Assembly (NCBI GenBank): GCA_963678885.2
Contig: CAXXFG010000005.1
Location: 211,512-275,511 of the forward strand
Source: Desulfobacterales bacterium
Lineage (GTDB): Bacteria > Desulfobacterota > Desulfobacteria > Desulfobacterales > JAFDDL01
Length of the DNA: 64,000 nt
Reading direction: 5' to 3'
Shown here: piece by piece, positions 19,655 through 28,725 of the stretch
How the letters are laid out: each line of letters opens with the position of its first letter
How positions within the stretch are numbered: position 1 is the stretch's first letter
The notes under the pieces: model-generated
What the model saw: only the letters and a program-made list of their open reading frames with translations
Databases searched by the model: none
What the model was told of the DNA's origin: nothing
Made by a program: the position numbers and the translations under genes

Positions 19655-20261
19655 AATTCGCCTCCATTACCAATACTGGCAAATCTATTTCCGGCCGTGC
19701 CGGAAAGTATACAGGAAGGGGTGCCATCTGTTTTGAAACCGCCTTCCCCCCCAAACCTTTCAACCCGTCGGGAAGACCCCCTGACGGCCTGACCGGATAT
19801 TTCTGTACAAAGAAATCCCTCTCTTTTTTCAACCGGGCCATAAAACCACACATATTCTGAAATTGCAAGCTTTCAGAAGCTTACATGACAGAAAGCCACC
19901 GGGCCGGTGGGGGGGGCACTTTGGGTATTGCACCCCGAAAGAAGGGCGGAAAGGCCGGGTGCCGCTGTATGTCAAACCAACGGAGAACGACACGTCCATG
20001 CGCAGCCGGGGTGCGGTGGATGGCGCCCGTGACGGGGTCGCGGACGCCTGCCTTGGTCCCGGTACATGCCGCGATACAGATGCAGGGCGCTGGACAGCTC
20101 CACTGTGCCAGGGGATGCCCTACACGTAGAAAGACTGTGTATCAAATGCGCGCGTGCGCGCGACAGGGAAACCGGCGCGAGGGGGGCGCCAAAAAAGCAC
20201 CAGGCTGGTGAGTGTTCCGAAAGACCAGCGTGGGATGCTATCTTCGCGGATTGGTTTGGCT

Positions 20262-20337
20262 TGGTGATCCCACGGGGAATCGAACCCCGGTTTCCGGCGT
20301 GAGAGGCCGGCGTCCTGGACCGCTAGACGATGGGACC
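20262..20337 (-). tRNA. tRNA-Glu (anticodon CTC)
   Basis: Reverse complement GGTCCCATCGTCTAGCGGTCCAGGACGCCGGCCT-CTC-ACGCCGGAAACCGGGGTTCGATTCCCCGTGGGATCACCA; cloverleaf with encoded CCA. Confidence 0.97.
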
Positions 20338-20388
20338 ACGGATGCAGATTGAAAACAGGCTGTTGAATATAGAAGCCGGCAGCGTTTG

Positions 20389-20619
20389 TCAAATATTTTT
20401 TTTGTTGCCGGCTTGCCCGGGCAGGGATGCCGCCCGTTTTCTTCCGAAAAACAGATAGATGACAACCCCAAGAAAGGGGAGTGCCGCGACAAGGATCCAA
20501 ACGGCTTTTTTTTCGACGCCGCCGAACTCCTTTCCCGCCGCGTCCAGAACCGCCCAGAAGGTAAGGGCCACAAAGGGCAGGCACAGCCCGCAGACAACCA
20601 TCAATACCTTCAGCTCCAT
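20389..20619 (-). CDS. Small PLDc N-terminal-domain (two-TM) membrane protein
   Basis: FWAVLDAAGKEF...KKAVWILVAALPFLGVVIYLFFGRKR is the PLDc_N pattern; 76 aa. Confidence 0.8.
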   Translation of the reverse strand: MELKVLMVVCGLCLPFVALTFWAVLDAAGKEFGGVEKKAVWILVAALPFLGVVIYLFFGRKRAASLPGQAGNKKNI

Positions 20620-20621
20620 GT

Positions 20622-21500
20622 TTACTTTTCTTTCAGACGGTCGGCGATGTCCAGCACCGTGTCCACGTAGTAGCGGCTGCGATTGTAATGCCAGATGACC
20701 TTCTGTGCTTTTTGCCGGTCGATGCCCTGGCGCCACCCGTAATGAGCGAGGTATCCGGCGACGCTGGCAATGGCGTCAGGGTGTGTGTACAGATCGATGC
20801 GGCCGTCCCCGTCCCCGTCCCGGGCGAACAGCAGGACATTGCTGGGCATGAACTGTGCAATGCCTAATGCGCCGGCGTAAGAGCCGACCAGGTCGTGGGC
20901 CGGCATGCCTTCCTGTCCGGTGTAGATGATGAACGCTTTGAGCTCATCGTAGGCCCATGCGGCCTTGGCGGCCGACTTTTTTTCGAAAGCCGGTCGTGAA
21001 ATGCGGGCATCGGCGGCCATTTGTTTCCAGAAGGCCTCCCGTGTCCCGGGCGTGTCCAGGGCGGCCATGGTGCTGAGTGTGTTTAAAATTTTCCGGTTTC
21101 CCAGGTATTGTCCCAGCCGGGTTTCCACCAGAAGTACGGCCGTGATCACCTCCGCGGCGACCCCCGTTTCGGCTTCGGCCGCTTTCAGGTGGCGGGCGTG
21201 GGCCGCCATATAGGTTCGCGCTTTTTGAAGTTGGGGCTCCGAAAGAAATTGCCGGTAGTTGAGGGTGGCTTCCCGGTGCATGAAGAAGCGCGAGACACCT
21301 TCGAAATCAAAGGCGACCCGCCCGTCTGCGTACAGGGCCGCGACGCGTTGGGGGGCAATGCCGTCGGACACCAGCCGTTTGGCCAGGGCGTCGAATTTAT
21401 CCGGCGTGGCCGCCGGGGCCATCACCGCTATTGCCAGAACCACGAATGCGGTGGTCAGGAAGCACGGCAATGGAAGGATATGTGATTTAAAAAGGCGCAT
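20622..21500 (-). CDS. Lytic murein transglycosylase (MltB family)
   Basis: Signal peptide; VLLVETRLG catalytic Glu; GSYAGALGIAQFMPS; EF-hand-like DGDGDGRID; DAIASVAGYL. Confidence 0.92.
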   Translation of the reverse strand: MRLFKSHILPLPCFLTTAFVVLAIAVMAPAATPDKFDALAKRLVSDGIAPQRVAALYADGRVAFDFEGVSRFFMHREATLNYRQFLSEPQLQKARTYMAAHARHLKAAEAETGVAAEVITAVLLVETRLGQYLGNRKILNTLSTMAALDTPGTREAFWKQMAADARISRPAFEKKSAAKAAWAYDELKAFIIYTGQEGMPAHDLVGSYAGALGIAQFMPSNVLLFARDGDGDGRIDLYTHPDAIASVAGYLAHYGWRQGIDRQKAQKVIWHYNRSRYYVDTVLDIADRLKEK

Positions 21501-21693
21501 GGGAATGTCGAAGAAAAAGGTGAAGGGATTTTTTTCCAGGGCGCCGGGTTGGATCCAGCCGGCGCAGGCGGACGGTTTGGGTTTTCTTGATAGTGGTACC
21601 ATGGCATGGTATGGTCCGGATTGTCAATCGGTGCCGTAAAATTCATGGGATCGTACGTTATGATGCCGGAATGCATTCCGGTGGGAGAGGACC

Positions 21694-23070
21694 ATGTCCG
21701 CCAACACCAAAAAGAAAGCGAAAACCGTGTATGCCTGCCAGCATTGCGGGTACCAGAGCGCCAAGTGGATGGGGCGGTGTCCGGATTGCGGGCAATGGGA
21801 GTCGTTGGTGGAGGAACAAACCGTTGTGCGGCGGTCCTTTGGTGGCGGGGAGGGCAATGTCCAGGCCGGGCCGGTGCTTATCGACGCGGCTGTCGAAGAC
21901 GTGGAAAAGCGGCTTCAAACCGGTCTGGCAGAGTTCGACCGGGTGCTGGGTGGAGGGGTTGTGCCCGGATCCATGGTCCTGATCGGGGGGGATCCGGGCA
22001 TCGGCAAATCGACCCTGATGCTCCAGGTGCTGGCCCGCATGGCGGGCAGCGGACTCAAGGCGCTGTATGTGTCGGGGGAGGAATCGGTGCGTCAGTTGAT
22101 GCTGCGCAGCCGCCGGTTGGGCAACATGCCCAGGGCCAATCTATGGGTGGTGTCCGAAACCGATGTCGCATCGATTCTCGCCATGGTGGAAAAGGAAACC
22201 CCGGACGTGGTGGTGATCGATTCCATCCAGACCCTGTTCAGTCCGGAGATCTCTTCGACCCCCGGCAGCGTAAGCCAGGTGCGGGATTCGGCCATGCGGC
22301 TGATGCATGTTGTAAAGAACGTCCATGTGCCGGTTTTGCTGGTGGGACATGTCACCAAGGACGGCGCCATCGCCGGCCCCCGTCTGCTGGAGCATATGGT
22401 GGACACGGTGCTGTACTTCGAGGGGGACCGCAACCATGTGTTCCGGATTCTGAGGGCCGTCAAGAACCGGTTCGGGTCCACCAACGAAATCGGCGTGTTT
22501 GAAATGAAGGAGGGGGGGCTCGAACAGGTGGCCAATCCCTCGGCGGTTTTCATCGCTGAACGGCCCGCCCAGGCGCCCGGGTCGGTGGTCACGGCCAGCA
22601 TGGAAGGTACCCGCCCCATCCTGGTGGAACTTCAGGCCCTGGCCAGCGCCACCAGTTTCGGCACGCCCCGCCGGACCATCTTAGGCATTGACAGCAATCG
22701 GGTGGCCTTGTTGGCGGCGGTGATGGAAAAGAAATTGGGGATGCACCTGATGGCCCACGACATTTTCGTGAACGTGGCCGGCGGGGTCAAGATCGATGAG
22801 CCAGCGGTGGACATGGGGGTGGTGGCGGCCATTGCATCGAGCTTCCTGGACCGTCCCCTCCAGGAAGGGGCGGTGGTGCTGGGAGAAGTGGGGCTCACCG
22901 GCGAGGTGCGGGCCATCAGCCGGGTGGAGATGCGGGTGGCGGAAATCAAGAAGATGGGATTTACAAGCTGCCTGTTACCGGCGGGCAATTTGCGCCGCAT
23001 GGCCGCCGTTCCCGGCATGCGTCTGGTGGGCATCAAGACCGTGGCAGATGCCGTGGAGGCGCTGTTTTAG
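21694..23070 (+). CDS. radA: DNA repair protein RadA/Sms
   Basis: CQHCG...CPDCG zinc finger, GGDPGIGKST, KNRFG motif, Lon-like C-terminus. Confidence 0.97.
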   Translation: MSANTKKKAKTVYACQHCGYQSAKWMGRCPDCGQWESLVEEQTVVRRSFGGGEGNVQAGPVLIDAAVEDVEKRLQTGLAEFDRVLGGGVVPGSMVLIGGDPGIGKSTLMLQVLARMAGSGLKALYVSGEESVRQLMLRSRRLGNMPRANLWVVSETDVASILAMVEKETPDVVVIDSIQTLFSPEISSTPGSVSQVRDSAMRLMHVVKNVHVPVLLVGHVTKDGAIAGPRLLEHMVDTVLYFEGDRNHVFRILRAVKNRFGSTNEIGVFEMKEGGLEQVANPSAVFIAERPAQAPGSVVTASMEGTRPILVELQALASATSFGTPRRTILGIDSNRVALLAAVMEKKLGMHLMAHDIFVNVAGGVKIDEPAVDMGVVAAIASSFLDRPLQEGAVVLGEVGLTGEVRAISRVEMRVAEIKKMGFTSCLLPAGNLRRMAAVPGMRLVGIKTVADAVEALF

Positions 23071-23184
23071 CCGGCGGCTGACAGCGACGAGACAGAAACC
23101 GATGATTCCGAGAGGCACCGGCAAAGGGGGCGGCGTCGCCGCTTTTTTACCCATGGTGCCTTTTCAAATGAACGGGCTATTTGC

Positions 23185-23799
23185 GTGACCAAGAAAAAAC
23201 GTTCTGGCAACAATACCTGGCAGGACCATTATACCCGCCAGGCGAAGAAGGAAAAATACCCGGCCCGTTCCGTGTACAAACTCGAAGAGATCCAGTCGAA
23301 ATTCAGGATTCTGCGACCGGGCCAGCGGGTACTCGACCTGGGGTGTGCCCCGGGCAGCTGGCTGCTCTATGCCGCGAAGGCAGTGGGAGCGTCGGGCCTT
23401 GTGGTGGGGGTGGACCTCGCCCCGGTAACGGAAGCGCTGCCAGGCAACGCCCGGGCGCTCACCGGGGATGTGTTCGATGCCGACGCGGAATTCTGGCCTG
23501 CGGTGGGAGGCGCTTTTGATGTGGTGATGAGTGATATGGCGCCGAGCACCACCGGCAGCGCCGGTGTGGACGCGGCCCGATCTTTTCAACTGTGCGAGGC
23601 CGCCCTGGCAGTGGCCCGGCAGCGGCTTTCCGTGGGGGGGTGTTTCGTGTGCAAAATTTTTCAGGGGGAAGACTTTCAGCTGATGATGTCACAGGTCCGG
23701 GACTTGTTCGCCGTCCAGAAAAATTTCAAGCCCCAGAGTTGCCGAAAGGCCAGCAAAGAGATATATATCGTCGGAATTAACCGAAAACAGGAGGCATGA
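23185..23799 (+). CDS. rlmE: 23S rRNA Um2552 methyltransferase (RlmE/FtsJ)
   Basis: ARSVYKLEEI, DLGCAPGSW, SDMAP, KPQSCRKASKEIY. Confidence 0.95.
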   Translation: MTKKKRSGNNTWQDHYTRQAKKEKYPARSVYKLEEIQSKFRILRPGQRVLDLGCAPGSWLLYAAKAVGASGLVVGVDLAPVTEALPGNARALTGDVFDADAEFWPAVGGAFDVVMSDMAPSTTGSAGVDAARSFQLCEAALAVARQRLSVGGCFVCKIFQGEDFQLMMSQVRDLFAVQKNFKPQSCRKASKEIYIVGINRKQEA

Positions 23800-23802
23800 T
23801 AC

Positions 23803-24540
23803 ATGGCAGGACATAGTAAGTGGGCGAATATAAAGCACCGCAAAGGTGCCGCCGACGCCCGCCGGGGAAAGATCTTCACCAAGCTGATCAAGGAGATTAC
23901 CGTTTCGGCCAGGATGGGCGGCGGTGATATCAACGCAAACCCCAGGTTGCGTTCGGCGGTGCTGGCCGCCAAGACGGAGAACATGCCCAAGGACAATATC
24001 GAGCGTGCCATCAAGAAGGGCACCGGCGAGCTCGAAGGGGTCAGCTACGAGGAAATCGTATACGAGGGATACGGGCCGGGCGGCACCGCGGTGATGGTGG
24101 AATCCCTCACCGACAACAGGGTGCGGGCGGTGGCCGATATCCGTCATATTTTCAGCAAATGCGGCGGGAACCTCGGTGAAAACGGATGCGTCGCCTACCT
24201 GTTCGACAAAAAGGGCTATCTGGCCGTGGCCGGTGACGCCGTGGAAGAGGACCGGCTGATGGAAGTGGCCCTGGAGGCTGGTGCCGAAGATGTTCGGGGA
24301 GAGGACGGCGCCTTCGAGGTGATTACCGACCCAAAGGATTTCGAAGTGGTCAAGTCGGCAGTGGAAGCGGCCGGGATCGCTTGCACATCGGCGGAGGTGA
24401 CCATGTTGCCCCAGACATACGCGCGCGTGGAGGGCAAGCAGGCCGAGCAGATGCTCCGGTTGATGGAGATGCTGGAGGACTGTGATGATGTCCAGAACGT
24501 TCACACCAATGCGGACATTCCCGATGCGTTGATGGAATGA
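23803..24540 (+). CDS. yebC: YebC/PmpR family protein
   Basis: [32 protein letters not shown]. Confidence 0.96.
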   Translation: MAGHSKWANIKHRKGAADARRGKIFTKLIKEITVSARMGGGDINANPRLRSAVLAAKTENMPKDNIERAIKKGTGELEGVSYEEIVYEGYGPGGTAVMVESLTDNRVRAVADIRHIFSKCGGNLGENGCVAYLFDKKGYLAVAGDAVEEDRLMEVALEAGAEDVRGEDGAFEVITDPKDFEVVKSAVEAAGIACTSAEVTMLPQTYARVEGKQAEQMLRLMEMLEDCDDVQNVHTNADIPDALME

Positions 24541-24659
24541 AGCACACTTGACGACTGCGGCATCGACGCGGGCGGCAGGCGAATGGCGGCGTTGTCCGAT
24601 ACGGACGCGCCGTTTTTTGTCTTGCGTAAAGGGGGGACGGTGGGGGCGGTCGGGCGGTG

Positions 24660-25313
24660 TTATTCGTCCAGGGACAGTACTTCCGCTTCCGGGGGGGGCG
24701 TGAAGGAAAACAGCCGGTCATTCAATTCCAGGTCAAACCGTGTGTCCGTGAACGTAAGCCGGGTTTCGTCGCCGTAGATGTTCCGGGTGGTCACTTCCAG
24801 GATGGCATGCCGGTCACGGGACACCGTCAGCAGCACGGCTTGCAGATCGTCCATGGGGGTGCGGGGGACGAGCTTGAGGTGGACGCAAGTGTCCGTTCCC
24901 CCATTCGCCAGGGAGATGTCAAAATGCGCACGGATAGCCTTGATGTCCGACAGAAAGGCGGCGCCTTTGCCTTCCCCGAAAAAATCCGTCGCCTTTCCTG
25001 TCATCACCTGGTTGTCTTCGGGGCGATAAATCCACAGGGTGACACCGTCGGTGACGATCACCTGGGGGCTTGGCTTGTCATATTCCCACCGCATGCGTCC
25101 GGGACGTTTGATGAAAATGCGTCCGGTCGCCGTATCGGTCACCTCCAGGGCCTTGAGGGTCGATTCCTGGTGGAAGTCGGCGCACACGCCCGGTGTGTTG
25201 TAACGGGCTTCGAGCCGCGTCATGATTGCGTCGAGGCTCTGGTCGCCTGCGATACCCATGCCGGGAAAAAGGAGCAGGACACCTGCCAGGACACCTGCCA
25301 ATATGCTTTTCAT
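24660..25313 (-). CDS. lolA: Outer-membrane lipoprotein carrier LolA
   Basis: Signal peptide; KRPGRMRWEY, DGVTLWIYRP..NQV, FSFTPPPEAEV. Confidence 0.9.
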   Translation of the reverse strand: MKSILAGVLAGVLLLFPGMGIAGDQSLDAIMTRLEARYNTPGVCADFHQESTLKALEVTDTATGRIFIKRPGRMRWEYDKPSPQVIVTDGVTLWIYRPEDNQVMTGKATDFFGEGKGAAFLSDIKAIRAHFDISLANGGTDTCVHLKLVPRTPMDDLQAVLLTVSRDRHAILEVTTRNIYGDETRLTFTDTRFDLELNDRLFSFTPPPEAEVLSLDE

Positions 25314-25461
25314 CTGGAGAACTCCACGGTTCATGCCGACCTTTGATGCCCGGCGCCATACCCTGGGCACCGTTCCTCGACCTTTAAACCAAAGTCCGGG
25401 GATTGTAAAGCGGGAAGGGCGCTGCGGAACGGCACGGCGTCCGTTCCGCAGCGAATGTATG

Positions 25462-26874
25462 TTACAGGTCGTAGTACAGGAAAAACTCGTGGGGATGCGG
25501 TCGGAGGCGAACCGGATTCACTTCGTTTTCCATTTTGTACTCAATCCATTTGGAAATCACATCTTCGGTAAATACGTCGCCCTTGAGCAGGAAGGCGTGA
25601 TCTTCTTTAAGCGCGTTGAGGGCTTCCTCAAGGGAGCCGGGCGCTGATGGAATCCCGGCCAGTTCTTCGGGGGGAAGATCGTAGATGTTCTTGTCCAGGG
25701 GTTCCCCGGGCTCGATCTTGTTCTGGATGCCGTCGAGGACCGCCATCAGGATGGCGGAAAAGGCCAGATAGCCGTTGCAGGACGGGTCCGGGGTTCTGAA
25801 TTCGATGCGCTTGGCTTTGGGGGAGGACGAATACATGGGAATGCGCACCGAGGCACTGCGGTTTCGGCTGGAGTAAGCAAGGTTCACCGGGGCTTCGAAT
25901 CCGGGGACCAGGCGTTTGTAGGAGTTGGTGGTCGGGTTTGTAAAGGCGCATACGGCCTTGCAATGCTTCAGGATGCCGCCGATGGCCCACAGGGCCTCCT
26001 GGCTGACCCCGGCGTACTTGTCGCCGGCGAACAAGGGGGTGCCGTCTTTCCAGATGCTGATGTGGGTGTGCATGCCCGATCCGTTGTCCTCAAACAGGGG
26101 TTTGGGCATGAAGGTCACGGTGCGGTTGTCCCGGTTGGCCACGTTTTTCAGCACATATTTGAACCAGACCAACTGGTCGCCCATCTGCAGAAGGGGCTTG
26201 AAACGCATATCGATTTCCGCCTGGCCGCCGCTGGCCACCTCGTGGTGCTGGCATTCCACATCGATGCCAAGCTGTTCGAGGGTCAGCATCATTTCGGTGC
26301 GCAAATCCTGGAATTTATCCATGGGCGGCACCGGAAAATATCCCTCCTTGTGGCGGGGCTTGTACCCCAGGTTTGGACATTCGTCCCGGCCGCTGTTCCA
26401 GATGCCTTCCACCGAGTCAAGTTCGTAAAAAGCCCGGTTCCGGCCCGACTCGAACCGCACGTCGTCGAAGATGAAAAACTCCGCTTCGGGGCCGATGAAA
26501 GCGGTGTCTCCGATGCCGGTGCTTTTCAGATAGTTCTCCGCCTTGGCGGCGATGTTGCGCGGATCCCGGGTATAAGGTTCCCGGGTCATGGGATCCACGA
26601 TATTGCCGATGAGCACCAGGGTGGGCACCTCGAAAAACGGATCCATCTTGGCCGTGGCGGGATCGGGGATCACCAGCATGTCGCTGGCGTTGATGGGCTG
26701 CCAGCCCCGGATGGAGGAGCCGTCGAATCCGTAGCCGTCTTCAAAGCTCGATTCGTCCAGTTCGCTGACGGGCACGGTAAAATGCTGCCACACGCCGGGG
26801 AAGTCCATGAAACGAATGTCCACCACCCGTGCGCCGTTTTCCTTCGCCATGGCCAATACCTTTTTGCTGTCCAT
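25462..26874 (-). CDS. glnA: Glutamine synthetase type I (adenylylatable)
   Basis: [38 protein letters not shown], adenylylation motif NIYDLP. Confidence 0.98.
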   Translation of the reverse strand: MDSKKVLAMAKENGARVVDIRFMDFPGVWQHFTVPVSELDESSFEDGYGFDGSSIRGWQPINASDMLVIPDPATAKMDPFFEVPTLVLIGNIVDPMTREPYTRDPRNIAAKAENYLKSTGIGDTAFIGPEAEFFIFDDVRFESGRNRAFYELDSVEGIWNSGRDECPNLGYKPRHKEGYFPVPPMDKFQDLRTEMMLTLEQLGIDVECQHHEVASGGQAEIDMRFKPLLQMGDQLVWFKYVLKNVANRDNRTVTFMPKPLFEDNGSGMHTHISIWKDGTPLFAGDKYAGVSQEALWAIGGILKHCKAVCAFTNPTTNSYKRLVPGFEAPVNLAYSSRNRSASVRIPMYSSSPKAKRIEFRTPDPSCNGYLAFSAILMAVLDGIQNKIEPGEPLDKNIYDLPPEELAGIPSAPGSLEEALNALKEDHAFLLKGDVFTEDVISKWIEYKMENEVNPVRLRPHPHEFFLYYDL

Positions 26875-26943
26875 AATCCATTACCTCCTACTGTCTGTTT
26901 GTTGATGAAACATGTCTTTTTTCCGGGTTGACGGGGCCTGTTG

Positions 26944-27351
<408 letters not shown>

Positions 27352-27417
27352 TTATCCTACGGTGGAACCGTCGCGGCGCACAACGCTTTTTTTCAGCATG
27401 GGTGCACGGGGAAAGCG

Positions 27418-28707
27418 TCAGAATTCAAAAGCCCGCTCGCCGTGCAGCGAGTTGTCGAGCCCCTTGACTTCTTCTTCGTTGGTAACCCGGAGGCCGCCGG
27501 TAACGAGCCGGGTCACCCAAACGACCACAACCGTGGCCACCGCGGTGTAGGCGGCTGTGGCCATGATGGAGACGAACTGTATCCACAGCTGTTTCGGGTT
27601 GCCGTAAAACAGGCCGGCAGCGCCTTCGGTGATGGCCGGGTCGGCGAATAGGCCTGTGGCGAGGGCGCCCCAGATGCCGCACATGCCGTGGACGCCGAAG
27701 GCATCGAGGGAGTCGTCGTAGCCCATGCGGGGTTTTAGCTTGGCCACACAGTAGAACCCCAGAACGCCTGCGACGAGCCCGATGACCAGGGAGGCACTCA
27801 GCCCCACAAAACCTGCTGCCGGGGTGATGGCCACCAGGCCCGCCACGATGCCCGAAGCGATGCCCAGAAGGGTCGGCTTTCCGGTGGCCATCCATTCCGC
27901 CGCCATCCACGCCAGGGCCGCCGTGGCTGCCGAGGTGTTGGTGACCAGAAAGGCGGAACCTGCCACGCCGTCGGCGGCCAGCTGGCTGCCGGCATTGAAC
28001 CCGAACCAGCCGAACCACAAAAGGGCGGCGCCGAGACTGGTCAGGGTGACGCTGGAGGGAAACATGGCCTCACGTCCGTAGCCCAGGCGCTTTCCAAGCA
28101 TCACGGCCACTACAAGGCCGGCCACGCCAGCGTTGATGTGTACCACGTTGCCGCCGGCGAAATCCAGGGCTCCCATGGCATGCATCCAACCGCCGCCCCA
28201 GACCCAATGGGCGATGGGCGCGTACACCACCGTCAGCCACAGGACGGTGAAGACGAGCCATGCGGAAAATTTGAGCCGGTCCACGATGGCGCCCACCACC
28301 AGGGCCGCGGTGATGCCTGCGAAGGTCATCTGGAACAAAACGAACACAAAGGTGGGAATGGAGCCCGTAAGGCTGTCCGGTCCGATGCCGCCGAGCATCA
28401 GCTGGTCAAGCCCGCCGATCAAGCCGCCGTGATCCGGGCCGAAGGCCAGGGTGTAACCCCATACCACCCAGATGACGCTGGCCAGGCAATACGAGACGAC
28501 GGTCATGGCCAGGGTGTTGAGCAGGTTTTTGTAACGGCTCATGCCGCCGTAGAACAGGGCCAGGCCTGCCGGGGTCATCATCATGACCAGGGCCGTGGAG
28601 ACAATCACCCAAGCGGTGTCGCCGGAGTTGATCTGATCGGCGGCCACGGCCGAGGACCAGGGCCACAGAAGAAAAGTGAAAAATAAGAGGGTCGCCATGC
28701 GTTTCAT
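27418..28707 (-). CDS. amtB: Ammonium transporter
   Basis: GLALFYGG, FQMTFA, AHWVWGGGW, DFAGGNVVH, WFGWFGFNAGS, DDSLDAFGVHG. Confidence 0.97.
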   Translation of the reverse strand: MKRMATLLFFTFLLWPWSSAVAADQINSGDTAWVIVSTALVMMMTPAGLALFYGGMSRYKNLLNTLAMTVVSYCLASVIWVVWGYTLAFGPDHGGLIGGLDQLMLGGIGPDSLTGSIPTFVFVLFQMTFAGITAALVVGAIVDRLKFSAWLVFTVLWLTVVYAPIAHWVWGGGWMHAMGALDFAGGNVVHINAGVAGLVVAVMLGKRLGYGREAMFPSSVTLTSLGAALLWFGWFGFNAGSQLAADGVAGSAFLVTNTSAATAALAWMAAEWMATGKPTLLGIASGIVAGLVAITPAAGFVGLSASLVIGLVAGVLGFYCVAKLKPRMGYDDSLDAFGVHGMCGIWGALATGLFADPAITEGAAGLFYGNPKQLWIQFVSIMATAAYTAVATVVVVWVTRLVTGGLRVTNEEEVKGLDNSLHGERAFEF

Positions 28708-28725
28708 GCAAAATCTCCTTGGTGG

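Noticed and set aside
19710-19726. TGGCAC-containing sigma-54-like site upstream of the CocE gene (and a similar one near 50083-50099)
   Set aside because: No GC at the required GG-N10-GC spacing.
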